The translations under genes were made by a program, and so were the position numbers. Shown here in pieces: positions 1 through 9,662 of a stretch of 64,000 nucleotides of DNA. The notes beneath the pieces are model-generated. The model saw only the letters and a program-made list of their open reading frames with translations, made no database searches and was not told the DNA's origin. Each line of letters begins with the position of its first letter. The stretch's first letter is position 1. Origin of the DNA: Sphaerobacter sp. (GTDB lineage: Bacteria > Chloroflexota > Chloroflexia > Thermomicrobiales > Thermomicrobiaceae). The stretch is from assembly GCF_019683595.1 (NCBI RefSeq), contig NZ_JADGHZ010000001.1, positions 7,314 through 71,313 of the forward strand, read 5' to 3'.

Positions 1-807
1 TTGCTCGACCCCGAGCAGCGGCGCAACCCCGACCCAGGTGCCGTGAGCCGCGCCGCGGCCGAAGCCACCTCGTTGATCCTCAGCGCCCTGGTCGACCAGC
101 TCGATCCCGAGATACCGGCCGTGCTCCTCGCGCACCTGAGTATCGAGGGTGCGCGCCTGGGGTCGGAGCAGTCGATCATGCTCGGTGAGGATCTGGTGCT
201 CGACACGGACGAGCTGCGCGTGCGCGCCTTCGACTACGTGGCGCTGGGCCATATCCACCAGCACCAGTTGATCACGGCGCGCCCGCCAACCGTCTACGCC
301 GGAAGCCTGGAGCGCATCGACTTCGGGGAAGAACGCGAGGACAAGGGGTTCGTCCTGGTCGACATCCAGCCCGGCCCCGCCGGGGAACGACGTGTCGAAT
401 GGACGTTCCAGCCGGTCCGGTCACGCCCCTTCGTGACCCTACGGATCAAGGCGGTGCATGAGGATCCGATGGTCGATGTCGAGCGCGAGATCGAGCAGCG
501 CGCCGCCGATCTAGACGGGGCGATCGTCCGCGCCTTCATCGCGGTGCCGCCCGAGCGGGAGGAGCTGCTGCGCATCGACGAGGTGCGCCGGATGCTCCTC
601 CAGAGCGGCGCCGCCTACGTCGCAAAGGTCGTGCGTGACGTCGACCTCCAGGTCCGTCCTCGCATCGAGTTGCGCGACCACGAGACCCTCGACCCCGTGG
701 CCGCGCTCGAAAAGTGGCTCTCCCTCCGCGACCTCACCGAGAACCAGCGCCGCCGCATCCTCGAAGCCGGCAAGGCCCTCATCCAGGCCGAGCGGGATGG
801 GGAGTGA
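1..807 (+). CDS. sbcD: SbcD/Mre11-family nuclease, C-terminal part (5' end cut by window edge)
   Basis: The ORF runs from the window edge. It has the metallophosphoesterase His motif ALGHIHQHQ followed by YAGSLERIDFGEE and an SbcD-type C-terminal domain. GC3 is high. Confidence 0.6.
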   Translation: MLDPEQRRNPDPGAVSRAAAEATSLILSALVDQLDPEIPAVLLAHLSIEGARLGSEQSIMLGEDLVLDTDELRVRAFDYVALGHIHQHQLITARPPTVYAGSLERIDFGEEREDKGFVLVDIQPGPAGERRVEWTFQPVRSRPFVTLRIKAVHEDPMVDVEREIEQRAADLDGAIVRAFIAVPPEREELLRIDEVRRMLLQSGAAYVAKVVRDVDLQVRPRIELRDHETLDPVAALEKWLSLRDLTENQRRRILEAGKALIQAERDGE

Positions 808-810
808 GGC

Positions 811-934
811 GTGATTCGTCATGCGTCATACGTCCCCCTCACCCCCGACCCCTTCTCACGAGGGAAGAGGGGAGAAGGGCTGAATACCGAACGCTGAAGA
901 CGTTTGACGCATGACGCATGACGTATTACGTCAC
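811..934. repeat. Intergenic palindromic repeat, family A, copy 1: (GCGTCAT)n arm, G/C-rich core, (ATGACGC)n arm
   Basis: The left arm is tcgtcat gcgtcat acgtc. The core is ccccctcacccccgaccccttctcacgagggaagaggggagaaggg. The right arm is tgacgc atgacgc atgacgt attacgt. It fills the gap between convergent sbcD and the peptidase gene, and is near-identical to the reverse complement of 13694-13828. Confidence 0.8.
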
Positions 935-2928
935 AGATACCGCTGGAACCACCCCAGGATGTACTGAAGGCGCTCCACCCGGTGCTTGGGTTTGCCGCTG
1001 CGCGAGAGGTTGTGGTTCTCGTTCGGGAAGCGGACGAACTCCACCTCCCGCCCCAGCTTCTTCAGGGAAATGAACAACTGCTCGGCCTGCGCGATCGGGC
1101 AGCGGTAGTCCTCCTCGCTGTGGATGATGAGCAGCGGCGTCTTCATGTTCTCGACGTAGGTGATCGGTGACAGGCGCACGTAGGTCTCCCGCGCCTCCCA
1201 CGGCACCCCGCCCCACTCGTACGCGCCGAAGTGGAACCCGATGTCGCTGGTGCCGAAGAAGCTGTAGAGGTCAGACACGCAGCGCTGTGTGACGGCCGCC
1301 TTGAAGCGGTCAGTGTGACCGATCACCCAGTTGGTCATGTAGCCGCCGTACGAGCCGCCGGTGACGCCCAAACGGTTGGGATCGACGTAGCCCTGCTCGA
1401 TGACGTAGTCGACGGCCGCCATGAGGTCCGGCATGTCCTTCTCACCCCAGGCGGCGCGGGTGTAGGAGGCGTACTCCGTGCCGTATCCCTGGCTGCCCCG
1501 CGGGTTGGTGTACACCACGACGTACCCCTGAGCCGCAAGGAGCTGGAACTCATGGAAGTAGTGGTTGGCGTACATCCCGTGCGGCCCGCCATGGATCTCC
1601 AGCACCATCGGGTATTTCCGGCCCGGCTCGAAGCCGATCGGCTTCATCACCCAGCCGTGAATCTCCGCCCGGTCTTCCGCGTGGCTCGGAACCCGGAACT
1701 CCTCCGGCTCGCTGAGCGCGACCGAGCTGAAGAACTCCTCATTGACCGCCGTCAGCCGCCGCTCGTCGGAGCCGTTCGCGCGGCAGACGTACACGTCGCA
1801 CGGGTTGAGCGGGTCGCCCGCCACAAAGGCGATACGGCTACCGTCCGGGCTCACGCTGAAGTCGAGCACCCGCCGCTGGCCGCCGACCACGAGGGACGGA
1901 TCGCCGCCCGCAGCCGGCACGCGGTACACGTGCGTGTTCCCGCTGTCGCTCACCTGGAAGTAGATCCAACCATCGGGAGTCCAGGCGAGGCCGGGGTTCG
2001 CCGGAGCGCACGTGTCGTTGATGCCGGCGTCGCCAACCGTGCGCCCGAGCCCCTCGGTGAGGCACCGGATCGTTCCACCGTCAGCGACCCACACCTGGGA
2101 GTCGATGGCGCCGCCCGACTCCGGCTGACGATGCCCCGCAAAGGCGATCGCCGCGCCGTCGACCGACCACACGGGCCGGCCGAAGTCGGCATCGTTACCC
2201 GTCGCGATCGGCCGCGCCTCGCCTCCACGGGCTGGGACCGCCCAGATCTCGCTCACCGTGTTGAACTCGCGGTCCTCCGTGCGGTTGGAGACGAAGGCGA
2301 TCTCGTGCCCACCGGGGGACCACACGGGCCAGGCGTCGTTGAAATCACCTGACGTCACCTGCCACGGGTCGCCGCCCGCCGCCGGGACGCACCAGATGTG
2401 CGTGTGCTTGTCGTCGAGGAAGCCCGAGACGCCGTCGGCGCGGAAGCGGATGCGGGTGATCCGCACTACGTCGCTTTTCTCCTCCTCGCCCTCATCCTCG
2501 TCACGCTTCTCGAGTTGGGCTGCCTCGGTCTTGCTCACCAGGGCCAGGGTCGAGCCGTCCGGCGACCAGGCAAAAAAGGTCACGCCCTCGGGAAGATCCG
2601 TGACCTGCGTCGCCTCGCCACCATCGACCGAGATGGTCCAGACCTGAGACTTGCCGGATCGGTTCGAGAGGAACGCGATCCGCGACCCATCGGGCGACCA
2701 GCGCGGGAAACTATCCCGCGCGTCGGCGGACGTGAACCGGCGCGGCGTGCCACCATCGACTGGCACCACGAAAATCGACGATCGGTAGTCGTTCTTCTCC
2801 TTGTCGAGGATCGTCTGTGTGTAGGCGACGTATCGGCCATCGGGGGAGATCTGTGCGTCGCTAACCAGCGTGATGTTGTAGATATCCTCCGGGGTCAGGC
2901 GACGCTTCGCACCCGTCGACGCACCCAC
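931..2928 (-). CDS. S9 family prolyl oligopeptidase / acylaminoacyl-peptidase with N-terminal TolB-like beta-propeller
   Basis: Repeated SPDG propeller motifs. Catalytic Ser motif GGSYGGYM, then C-terminal ...EEDYRCP... and NENH. A GTG at 2928 is preceded by GGAGGAGG. The track ORF extends to 2976. Confidence 0.9.
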   Translation of the reverse strand: MGASTGAKRRLTPEDIYNITLVSDAQISPDGRYVAYTQTILDKEKNDYRSSIFVVPVDGGTPRRFTSADARDSFPRWSPDGSRIAFLSNRSGKSQVWTISVDGGEATQVTDLPEGVTFFAWSPDGSTLALVSKTEAAQLEKRDEDEGEEEKSDVVRITRIRFRADGVSGFLDDKHTHIWCVPAAGGDPWQVTSGDFNDAWPVWSPGGHEIAFVSNRTEDREFNTVSEIWAVPARGGEARPIATGNDADFGRPVWSVDGAAIAFAGHRQPESGGAIDSQVWVADGGTIRCLTEGLGRTVGDAGINDTCAPANPGLAWTPDGWIYFQVSDSGNTHVYRVPAAGGDPSLVVGGQRRVLDFSVSPDGSRIAFVAGDPLNPCDVYVCRANGSDERRLTAVNEEFFSSVALSEPEEFRVPSHAEDRAEIHGWVMKPIGFEPGRKYPMVLEIHGGPHGMYANHYFHEFQLLAAQGYVVVYTNPRGSQGYGTEYASYTRAAWGEKDMPDLMAAVDYVIEQGYVDPNRLGVTGGSYGGYMTNWVIGHTDRFKAAVTQRCVSDLYSFFGTSDIGFHFGAYEWGGVPWEARETYVRLSPITYVENMKTPLLIIHSEEDYRCPIAQAEQLFISLKKLGREVEFVRFPNENHNLSRSGKPKHRVERLQYILGWFQRYL

Positions 2929-3049
2929 AATCGTCCTCCTCCCTCTCGACAAACAACCGCCTGCGCATAGTAGCACAGGCGGTTTCCCAGTGCTCGGCTG
3001 CCGAGCTCACACGATACGGCGAATTCCGTTCCTCGTCCCATTGAGGATC

Positions 3050-4327
3050 TCAGGCGCCGGAATCCTTCAGGCCGCGCATGCGGAGGGAGATGGCGCGCAG
3101 CTCCTCGACGATCTCGGCTCGCTCCTCCTGGTACGTTTCCTCGTCGATCTCGCCTCTCGCCCGCTCCTCGTCGAGCTTGTTCAGTTCCGCCGCGAGCGCC
3201 AGCCGCTCGGCTTCCAGGCTCTCGGGGTCGTCGGGCAGATCGTGTGCGGCGTCGCTCGCCGCCTCGGCCGGTTGGCGACGAGCCCGAACCGCCTGGAACG
3301 TGAGCACGCCTGCAACCGCCAGACCCACCACCGCGGCGATGCCCGCGTACAACGGACCGCGGTCGGTGTCCGTAGAGCCGGGCTTCGGCAGGCCGTCCAC
3401 GGTGACGGCGATGACGTCCCCGACCACCGGCTGCTGGGCTGAGATCACGTGGTACACGGTCCCGGCGATGTTGGCCGTCCCGGCATCCTGCATCGATGGC
3501 GAGGAGATGTTATAGGTGCCATCCTCAATCAGCACGCTGAGCGCGTCGGTCGGCTGGGCGGTCCCGATCTCCAGCGTCGCCTTCGTCCCCTGGTAAGGTA
3601 CGAGGTAGGAGAACATGGCATCGTGGCTGCCGGGGGTGATGAGGCCGGTGGTGATCAGGTAGCCATCCTCGTATCGGAGCTGGCCGAAGTTGAAGCCGGA
3701 CTGCGGCTGCTGGATGATCTGCGTCGCACCGGGCGGCAGCGGGATGCGGAGCACCGTGCCGTTCTGTCCCACGTACGCGCGGTCGCTGCTGTTGTCGAGC
3801 GAGACGATCTCGAATATTTCGAGGGCCCCCACTTCCGTGTTAGCCCCGGCGATGATCACGCCGCGTGAGGCGATTTCGATGACGCTCGGGTCATCCGTCG
3901 GCTCGTAGACGGTCAGGTCGGCAGTCGTCTGCGGCTGGTCGCTCAGCAGCAGCAGCGAACTGTAGTAGTCATAGCCCTGGTACCTGACGGTCGCGATATA
4001 GCCCTCGCCCTCGTTCACCGGTAGGTTCTCGAAGCGGTAGGAGCCGTCCTCACCGGTCGTCGTGGTGTACTCGTCGGTGGGCTGCATCTCCTGGTACCGG
4101 GTGAGCTTCACTTCCAGGCCGGCCACGCTGCCGCCGCCGGGCGTACCGTTCTTCACCGTGCCGGAGATGACCCCGTCCCCCGTCGCGGGGGGCGTGGCGC
4201 CAGGCGTGGCGGCGGGCGTGGCCGCCCCTTCGGATACACCTGGCGTGGCGTCTTCAGCGAGTGCTGTGAACGGGATCATCAAGGCGAGGGCGACGAGCAG
4301 AGCCACAAGTGACCGGCGCAGCGTCAT
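3050..4327 (-). CDS. Secreted/membrane-anchored protein with carboxypeptidase-regulatory-like domain, C-terminal TM helix and charged coiled tail
   Basis: An ATG at 4327 gives the signal peptide MTLRRSLVALLVALALMIPFTALA. GTVKNG...GSYRFENLP resembles a CarboxypepD_reg-type fold. The TM segment is LYAGIAAVVGLAVAGVLTF, followed by an E/R-rich tail. Confidence 0.65.
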   Translation of the reverse strand: MTLRRSLVALLVALALMIPFTALAEDATPGVSEGAATPAATPGATPPATGDGVISGTVKNGTPGGGSVAGLEVKLTRYQEMQPTDEYTTTTGEDGSYRFENLPVNEGEGYIATVRYQGYDYYSSLLLLSDQPQTTADLTVYEPTDDPSVIEIASRGVIIAGANTEVGALEIFEIVSLDNSSDRAYVGQNGTVLRIPLPPGATQIIQQPQSGFNFGQLRYEDGYLITTGLITPGSHDAMFSYLVPYQGTKATLEIGTAQPTDALSVLIEDGTYNISSPSMQDAGTANIAGTVYHVISAQQPVVGDVIAVTVDGLPKPGSTDTDRGPLYAGIAAVVGLAVAGVLTFQAVRARRQPAEAASDAAHDLPDDPESLEAERLALAAELNKLDEERARGEIDEETYQEERAEIVEELRAISLRMRGLKDSGA

Positions 4328-4518
4328 GGACGTGGGACTCCTCCTCCACGTGGGGCATCCCGCCCCGACCGACTCCGCGCCGAAGTGTAGCAGGTGATTT
4401 CGGGACCGTCCGACCGCACGCATCGATGGGCGTGGCTCAGCCACCCCGCTCCCAGGGGCGACTGGGCGAGCCAATAACCGGTTCGCACGTTCCACCGTTC
4501 GAAGCTGGTGCCGCCAAA

Positions 4519-5841
4519 TCAGGCGCGCGCCTCGGCCGCGGCGTAGGCCCGGTCGAGGACTTCGACCAGGTGCAACACCGGCCGATTGTCGCCGCGGGCG
4601 CGGAGCCCACTGGTGAGCTGGAGCATGCAGCCGGGGTTGGCCGACACGATCGCCTCAGCTCCGGTCGAGAGGGCGTTGTCGAGTTTCCGCGCGAGCAGCT
4701 TGCTCGACATGTCCGGCTGGAGCAAGTTGTAGATCCCGGCGCTGCCGCAGCAGAGGGACGACTCCGGCATCTCGACGACTTTCAGCTCCGGGATCGCCTT
4801 CAACAACTGCCGCGGCTGCTTGGCGATCCGCTGCGCGTGGGCCAGGTGACACGGCTCCTGGTAGGTGACGGTCATCGGGAGCGGCCCGGGCTCCGCGCTC
4901 AGCCCCTTCGCCGCCAGGAACTCGGTGACGTCTTGCACGCGTTCGGCGAAGCGCGCCGCGCGCTCGGCGTATTCCGGGTCGTCCTTGAGGAGGTGCCCAT
5001 ACTCCTTCATTGCCGCGCCGCAACCGGCGGCGTTGACGATGATCGCGTCGAGATACGGGCTGTCGAACGCGTCGATGTTCTTCCGCGCCAGTGCGCGACC
5101 GCCGTCGGGATCGCCTTGGTGGACGTGCAGAGCCCCGCAGCAGCCCTGCCCGTCGATCAGCGTCACCTCGAAGCCGTTGCGGGTCAGCACACGGATCGTC
5201 GCCTCGTGGATCTCGGCGTATGCCGTGCTCATAATGCAGCCGGTGAACAGGCCGACGCGCCCGCGCCACTGGCCTTGCGCGGGGATCGTCTCCCCCTTGG
5301 GCACGACGAAGCGGTCGCTCACTCGCGGCATCAGCTCGTGGGCCTGATCGAGGCCGAGCAGCTTGAGCACACCGCTGCGCTTGGCGATGCGGGGGAGCGG
5401 CGAGCGCTGGTACAGCCGCAGCCCGGTGCTGAGGGCGCGGAAGCGGCGCATGTCGGTGAAGACCCCGCCGAAGACGACTTTGCGGAGCACCCGTGCCTTG
5501 GGAGTGCTCTTGCGCGCCTGCTCGATCTGCGCCCGCGACGCCTCCAGGATCTCACCGTACTTCACGCCGGAGGGACAAACCGCCTCACAGGCCCGGCAGT
5601 TGAGGCAGAGATACATCTCTTCCTCGAAGAGCGGGTCGAGCAGGTCCAGCCGGCCTTCGCTGACCTCCTTCATCAGCCAGATTCGGCCCCGTGGGGACGA
5701 GCGCTCGCGCCGGGTGATCACATAGGTCGGGCACGAGGGGAGGCAGAGGCCGCAGTGGACGCACGAGCGAATAACCTCCGTACTGGGGACATCGTGCCCC
5801 GCGAATCCGCGCAACTCGCTCGCTGGTGCAGTGGTCGCCAT
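4519..5841 (-). CDS. glcF: Glycolate oxidase iron-sulfur subunit (Fe-S/CCG-domain protein)
   Basis: Two ferredoxin-type clusters, CVHCGLCLPSCP and CLNCRACEAVCP, plus two Cys-rich CCG repeats (CCG, CCGSAG). It lies downstream of glcD and glcE. Confidence 0.85.
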   Translation of the reverse strand: MATTAPASELRGFAGHDVPSTEVIRSCVHCGLCLPSCPTYVITRRERSSPRGRIWLMKEVSEGRLDLLDPLFEEEMYLCLNCRACEAVCPSGVKYGEILEASRAQIEQARKSTPKARVLRKVVFGGVFTDMRRFRALSTGLRLYQRSPLPRIAKRSGVLKLLGLDQAHELMPRVSDRFVVPKGETIPAQGQWRGRVGLFTGCIMSTAYAEIHEATIRVLTRNGFEVTLIDGQGCCGALHVHQGDPDGGRALARKNIDAFDSPYLDAIIVNAAGCGAAMKEYGHLLKDDPEYAERAARFAERVQDVTEFLAAKGLSAEPGPLPMTVTYQEPCHLAHAQRIAKQPRQLLKAIPELKVVEMPESSLCCGSAGIYNLLQPDMSSKLLARKLDNALSTGAEAIVSANPGCMLQLTSGLRARGDNRPVLHLVEVLDRAYAAAEARA

Positions 5842-5896
5842 CGTTCCGTTCCTTCGTCCCGTACGCCCGTTCGGCTGGTGTCGCTCGTGCTACGTG

Positions 5897-7198
5897 TTAG
5901 AGGTGGCCGATGAACCGCCCCCGATTTAGCGTGCCGCGCGGGTCAAATTCGGCCTTGAGGGCACGCATCGTGTCGAACCCGGCCGGCCGCCGGCCGAACA
6001 CGTCGGTGTCCGTCTTGACCCCGTGCGGAGCGGTCAGCAGCGTCGCGTGCAGGCCCAAGGGCGCCAGTTCCTCCCAGGCACGCCGCAGCACCGCAGGCTC
6101 GCCGGAGGCCCGCATGTAGCAGAGCCCGCTCCCCATGTCCAGCGTCATCTCCGTGGCGAGGTCGAGCGCCGCCAGCTCGTTCATCGCAGCCTCGGCAACG
6201 ACCGATACCTGGGACGGAGCCACGCCCACCCGCACGCCGATCGTGTCCGCGGCGGGCGCCGCGTCGAGCGCCAGCGCGATCCGCTGCCAGAGGCTGGTGG
6301 TCTCGTCGTTCTCCACGATGTCGGCCGCTTCCGCACCATGGCGGACCGCGGCCGCGATCCGCTCGGCCTGGCGGGCGACCGCCACCGGCGGCGCCTCGCA
6401 GCGCAGGCAGAGCGACCAGCGCGCATCCGGCAATTCCGCGCGACGCGTGGCCCCTTCGTCGAGTACCACGATCGCCGTCGGGGCGAGCTGCGATGTGCGC
6501 ACCGCCTCAGCCGCCTCAACCGCAGCCGCCAGCGTGGGGAAGCGGGCGACGACGCTTCGCTGCGCACGCGGCCTGGGGATCACCTTCATGTTCACCTGGG
6601 TGATCACGGCCAGCGATCCGAGCGAACCGTAGTAGAGGCGCATCATGTCGAAGCCGGACACGTTCTTCACCACCATGCCGCCGCCCTTGGCGATCCGGCC
6701 GGCCGGCAGCACGACGGTGATGCCGATCAGGAGGTCGCGAAGCGAGCCGTAGCCAAAGCGGCGCGGTCCGGCGAGCCCGGCAGCCACAACGCCGCCGATG
6801 GTCGCTCGATCCGGTCGTGCGACGTCAATCGGCAGCACCTGCCCGTGCTCGGCCAGGTGCCGGTCAAGCTCGGCGATCGTGCAGCCCGCCCGCACCGAGA
6901 TGGTCAGGTCGTCCGGCTCGTGGTGCGCCACCCCGTCCAGGGCACGCAGGTCGAGGGCCACGTCGTAGCCGGCCGGCAGGTTGCCCAGCCCCATGTGCGA
7001 GCCGCCGCCCCAGGGGATCACCGCCAGCCCCGCGTCGTTGGCGGCCGCCAGGCAGGCGCTCACCTCCTCGACCGTCGCCGGGGCAAGCGCTGCTGCCGGG
7101 ACCACGCCATCGACCGCATAGTCCTGAGGGTCACGGCGCGCTACCCCCGCGGGAAGCGCGTCGAGGTTCGGCACGTCACGCTCCTGCTCAGACGACAT
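5897..7198 (-). CDS. glcE: Glycolate oxidase FAD-binding subunit
   Basis: FAD_binding_4 (PCMH)-like N-terminus (IPWGGGSHMGLGN). It sits between glcD and glcF. The ATG at 7198 overlaps the glcD stop by 11 nt. Confidence 0.75.
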   Translation of the reverse strand: MSSEQERDVPNLDALPAGVARRDPQDYAVDGVVPAAALAPATVEEVSACLAAANDAGLAVIPWGGGSHMGLGNLPAGYDVALDLRALDGVAHHEPDDLTISVRAGCTIAELDRHLAEHGQVLPIDVARPDRATIGGVVAAGLAGPRRFGYGSLRDLLIGITVVLPAGRIAKGGGMVVKNVSGFDMMRLYYGSLGSLAVITQVNMKVIPRPRAQRSVVARFPTLAAAVEAAEAVRTSQLAPTAIVVLDEGATRRAELPDARWSLCLRCEAPPVAVARQAERIAAAVRHGAEAADIVENDETTSLWQRIALALDAAPAADTIGVRVGVAPSQVSVVAEAAMNELAALDLATEMTLDMGSGLCYMRASGEPAVLRRAWEELAPLGLHATLLTAPHGVKTDTDVFGRRPAGFDTMRALKAEFDPRGTLNRGRFIGHL

Positions 7199-8657
7199 CT
7201 TCCAGCCCCAGTCCACCGGCTACCGGGACGCCGGACTCCTTGATTGCCGCCACCTCGCCGCAGGAGAAGGAGGTCGGGAAGACCTTCTCCGGGTTGAAGT
7301 ACATAAGCGGATCGAAGCTGCGCTTCAGCCCTGCCATCGCTGCCAGGTCATCCGGAGAGAAGATCAGCGTCAGGTAATCCTTCTTCTCCAGCCCGATTCC
7401 GTGCTCGCCGGAGACGGTGCCGCCGCGCTCGACACAGTACTGCAAAAGATCCGTCCCGGCGTTGAGTACCCGCTCGATCGCACCCTTTTCGTAGCGGTCG
7501 AACAAGATGAGCGGGTGCAGGTTGCCGTCCCCCGCATGGAACACGTTAGCAATCCGCAGCCGGTACTCACGGCTCAGTTCACCGACGAAGCTCAGCGTCT
7601 CGGGCAGCTTGGTCCGGGGAACGGTCGCGTCCTGGAGGTAGTAGTTGGGGGTGAGCCGGCCCATCGCGCCGAAGGCGGCCTTGCGCGCGAACCACAGTGC
7701 CTCGCGCTCCTCGGCCGACTCCGCCACCCGCACCTCCATCGCGTCGTGCTGGCGACAGATGTCGGCAATGGCATCGGCGCTCTCGGCGACCGCCTCGGAG
7801 AGGCCGTCGATCTCAACGAGCAAGACCGCACCAGCATCGGTCGGGTAGCCGGCGTGGAACGCCGCCTCCACCGCCTGAATCGAAAGCTGGTCCATCATCT
7901 CCAGCGCCGCGGGCAGGACGCCCGCCGCGACGATGGCCGAGACCGCATTCGATGCCGTGTCGATGGTCGGGAACGGCGCCAGGAGCACGCTGACCGCCTC
8001 CGGGTTGCGGGTCAGGCGCACCATCACCTTGGTGACGATTCCCAGCGTCCCTTCCGAGCCGACGAGCGTCCCGGTCAGGTCAATCCCCGGCCACTCCGGC
8101 GCCGGGCCACCGGTCCAGATCACCTCTCCGCTCGGCAGCACAACCTCCAGGCCCAGGATGTGGTTCGAGGTCACTCCGTACTTCAGGCAATGCGGTCCGC
8201 CCGAGTTGTTGGCGACGTTGCCACCGATGGTGCAGGCGCGCTGCGATGAGGGGTCGGGTGCGAAGAAGTAGCCGCGCGGCGTCGTCGTGTTCGAGAGCTC
8301 GAGGTTGATGACGCCCGGCTCGACGATGGCGTAGCGGTCGCGTTCATTGATCTCGATGATCCGGTTCATCCGGGTCATGACCACCATGATCCCGCCGCGC
8401 GCGGCGATAGCTCCACCCGCCAGGCCGGTTCCGGCCCCGCGCGGCGTGACCGGGAGCCCATACTCCCGCGCCAGGCGGACGACTTCCGCAACCTGCGCCG
8501 TCGACTGCGGAAGCACCACGAAGTCCGGGCGGTGACGTCCGGCGATGGCCTCATCCGACGCATCGTATTCGTAGACGAGCAGGTCGGTCGGATCGGCGAT
8601 CACACCACTCGCGCCGACGACCGCTTCCAGTCGTTCGCGCAGAGCCGCCCTATCCAT
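7188..8657 (-). CDS. glcD: Glycolate oxidase subunit GlcD (FAD-linked oxidase)
   Basis: FAD-linked oxidase motifs PRGAGTGLAGG and GGNVANNSGG, and a C-terminal GEHGIG. The ATG at 8657 gives MDRAALRERLE. The longer ORF start at 8723 is unlikely. Confidence 0.85.
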   Translation of the reverse strand: MDRAALRERLEAVVGASGVIADPTDLLVYEYDASDEAIAGRHRPDFVVLPQSTAQVAEVVRLAREYGLPVTPRGAGTGLAGGAIAARGGIMVVMTRMNRIIEINERDRYAIVEPGVINLELSNTTTPRGYFFAPDPSSQRACTIGGNVANNSGGPHCLKYGVTSNHILGLEVVLPSGEVIWTGGPAPEWPGIDLTGTLVGSEGTLGIVTKVMVRLTRNPEAVSVLLAPFPTIDTASNAVSAIVAAGVLPAALEMMDQLSIQAVEAAFHAGYPTDAGAVLLVEIDGLSEAVAESADAIADICRQHDAMEVRVAESAEEREALWFARKAAFGAMGRLTPNYYLQDATVPRTKLPETLSFVGELSREYRLRIANVFHAGDGNLHPLILFDRYEKGAIERVLNAGTDLLQYCVERGGTVSGEHGIGLEKKDYLTLIFSPDDLAAMAGLKRSFDPLMYFNPEKVFPTSFSCGEVAAIKESGVPVAGGLGLEDVV

Positions 8658-8847
8658 AGCCCACACTCCTCTGGTGATGACACTCGCTAGTGTCAGTATG
8701 CAGGACACCGGGAGGCACCGCAACCGCCGTAGCGAAACGGCCCTGCCCGCACTGGACGCTGCCGCGGCTCACCGCATTCGTACGCACCCATTCATGGACA
8801 GCTATGGCATAATCCGGGGCAGGACGCAACGAGAGGAGAGATTCGTC

Positions 8848-9324
8848 ATGGCCGAACCGAACTACTGGATCATCGTCGGTTCCCCCGAAAACTTCGCCAC
8901 AACTAGGGCGCACGGGTTCACCATCCAGGGAATCAAGAGCCGCCACCGCAAGAAGGCCGAGCAAATGCGCCCGGGCGACAAGTTCATCTACTACGTTACC
9001 GGCGTAAAGGCGTTCGCCGCGATCGCCACCGTGACCTCGGAATACTTCGAGGACCACACCATCATCTGGAAGAGCAGCAACCCGAAGAAGAAGGACGAGG
9101 ACTACCCGTATCGCGTCAAAATCGAGCCGGACATCGTCCTCCCCGAGGATCAGTATCTCCCCGCCGAGGAGATTGCCCGCGGCATGGAGCATGTCCAGAA
9201 GTGGCCGGCCGAGAATTGGACGCTCGCCTTCCAGGGCAACGTCCACAAGATCAACCAGCACGACTACGAACTGGTCCGCGCCGCGCTGGCTGAGGCCGCC
9301 ACCGCCGCGGCCCCGGCGGACTGA
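8848..9324 (+). CDS. EVE (PUA-like) domain protein
   Basis: MAEPNYWIIVGSPENF...MRPGDKFIYYVTG...YPYRVKIEP resembles the EVE/UPF0310 family. The RBS gagaggagag lies 8 nt upstream of the ATG at 8848. Confidence 0.7.
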   Translation: MAEPNYWIIVGSPENFATTRAHGFTIQGIKSRHRKKAEQMRPGDKFIYYVTGVKAFAAIATVTSEYFEDHTIIWKSSNPKKKDEDYPYRVKIEPDIVLPEDQYLPAEEIARGMEHVQKWPAENWTLAFQGNVHKINQHDYELVRAALAEAATAAAPAD

Positions 9325-9349
9325 CGCATCCCCGCAATGCACGTAAACA

Positions 9350-9384
9350 CAGGGCGCGGTCGGGAGAAACCGCGCCCTGTCTTC
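9350..9384 (+). terminator. Hairpin terminator after the EVE gene
   Basis: A 10-bp stem (cagggcgcgg / ccgcgccctg) with a 10-nt loop, followed by tcttc (weak U tract). Confidence 0.5.
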
Positions 9385-9499
9385 ATCGACCCGATCCTTC
9401 CTCACCTGGGAACTATCCCACCTCGTCAGTCTCGGCTCTACGTACCCTGCGCCGACTTCGCCACCCACGTCACCGTGCTCGGCGCCGGGAAGTACGGCG

Positions 9500-9527
9500 T
9501 TGAGAACCTGGCCAACCTGGGTACAAT
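9500..9527 (+). promoter_or_regulatory. Putative promoter TTGAGA-N16-TACAAT
   Basis: The hexamers were read directly from the sequence. The site is about 135 nt upstream of the small CDS at 9663. Confidence 0.4.
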
Positions 9528-9662
9528 CCCGCCGAAGGGCGCGACGATCGTCGTTGGCGCGCCCAGCATGTCGGTGCCTCCGGCGGCCCCACCCGTGTCT
9601 TCGCCATTTTCCCAGGGCGGGATGAGGAACGGAGAGCAACGACCGGAGCGAGAGGAGATTCC

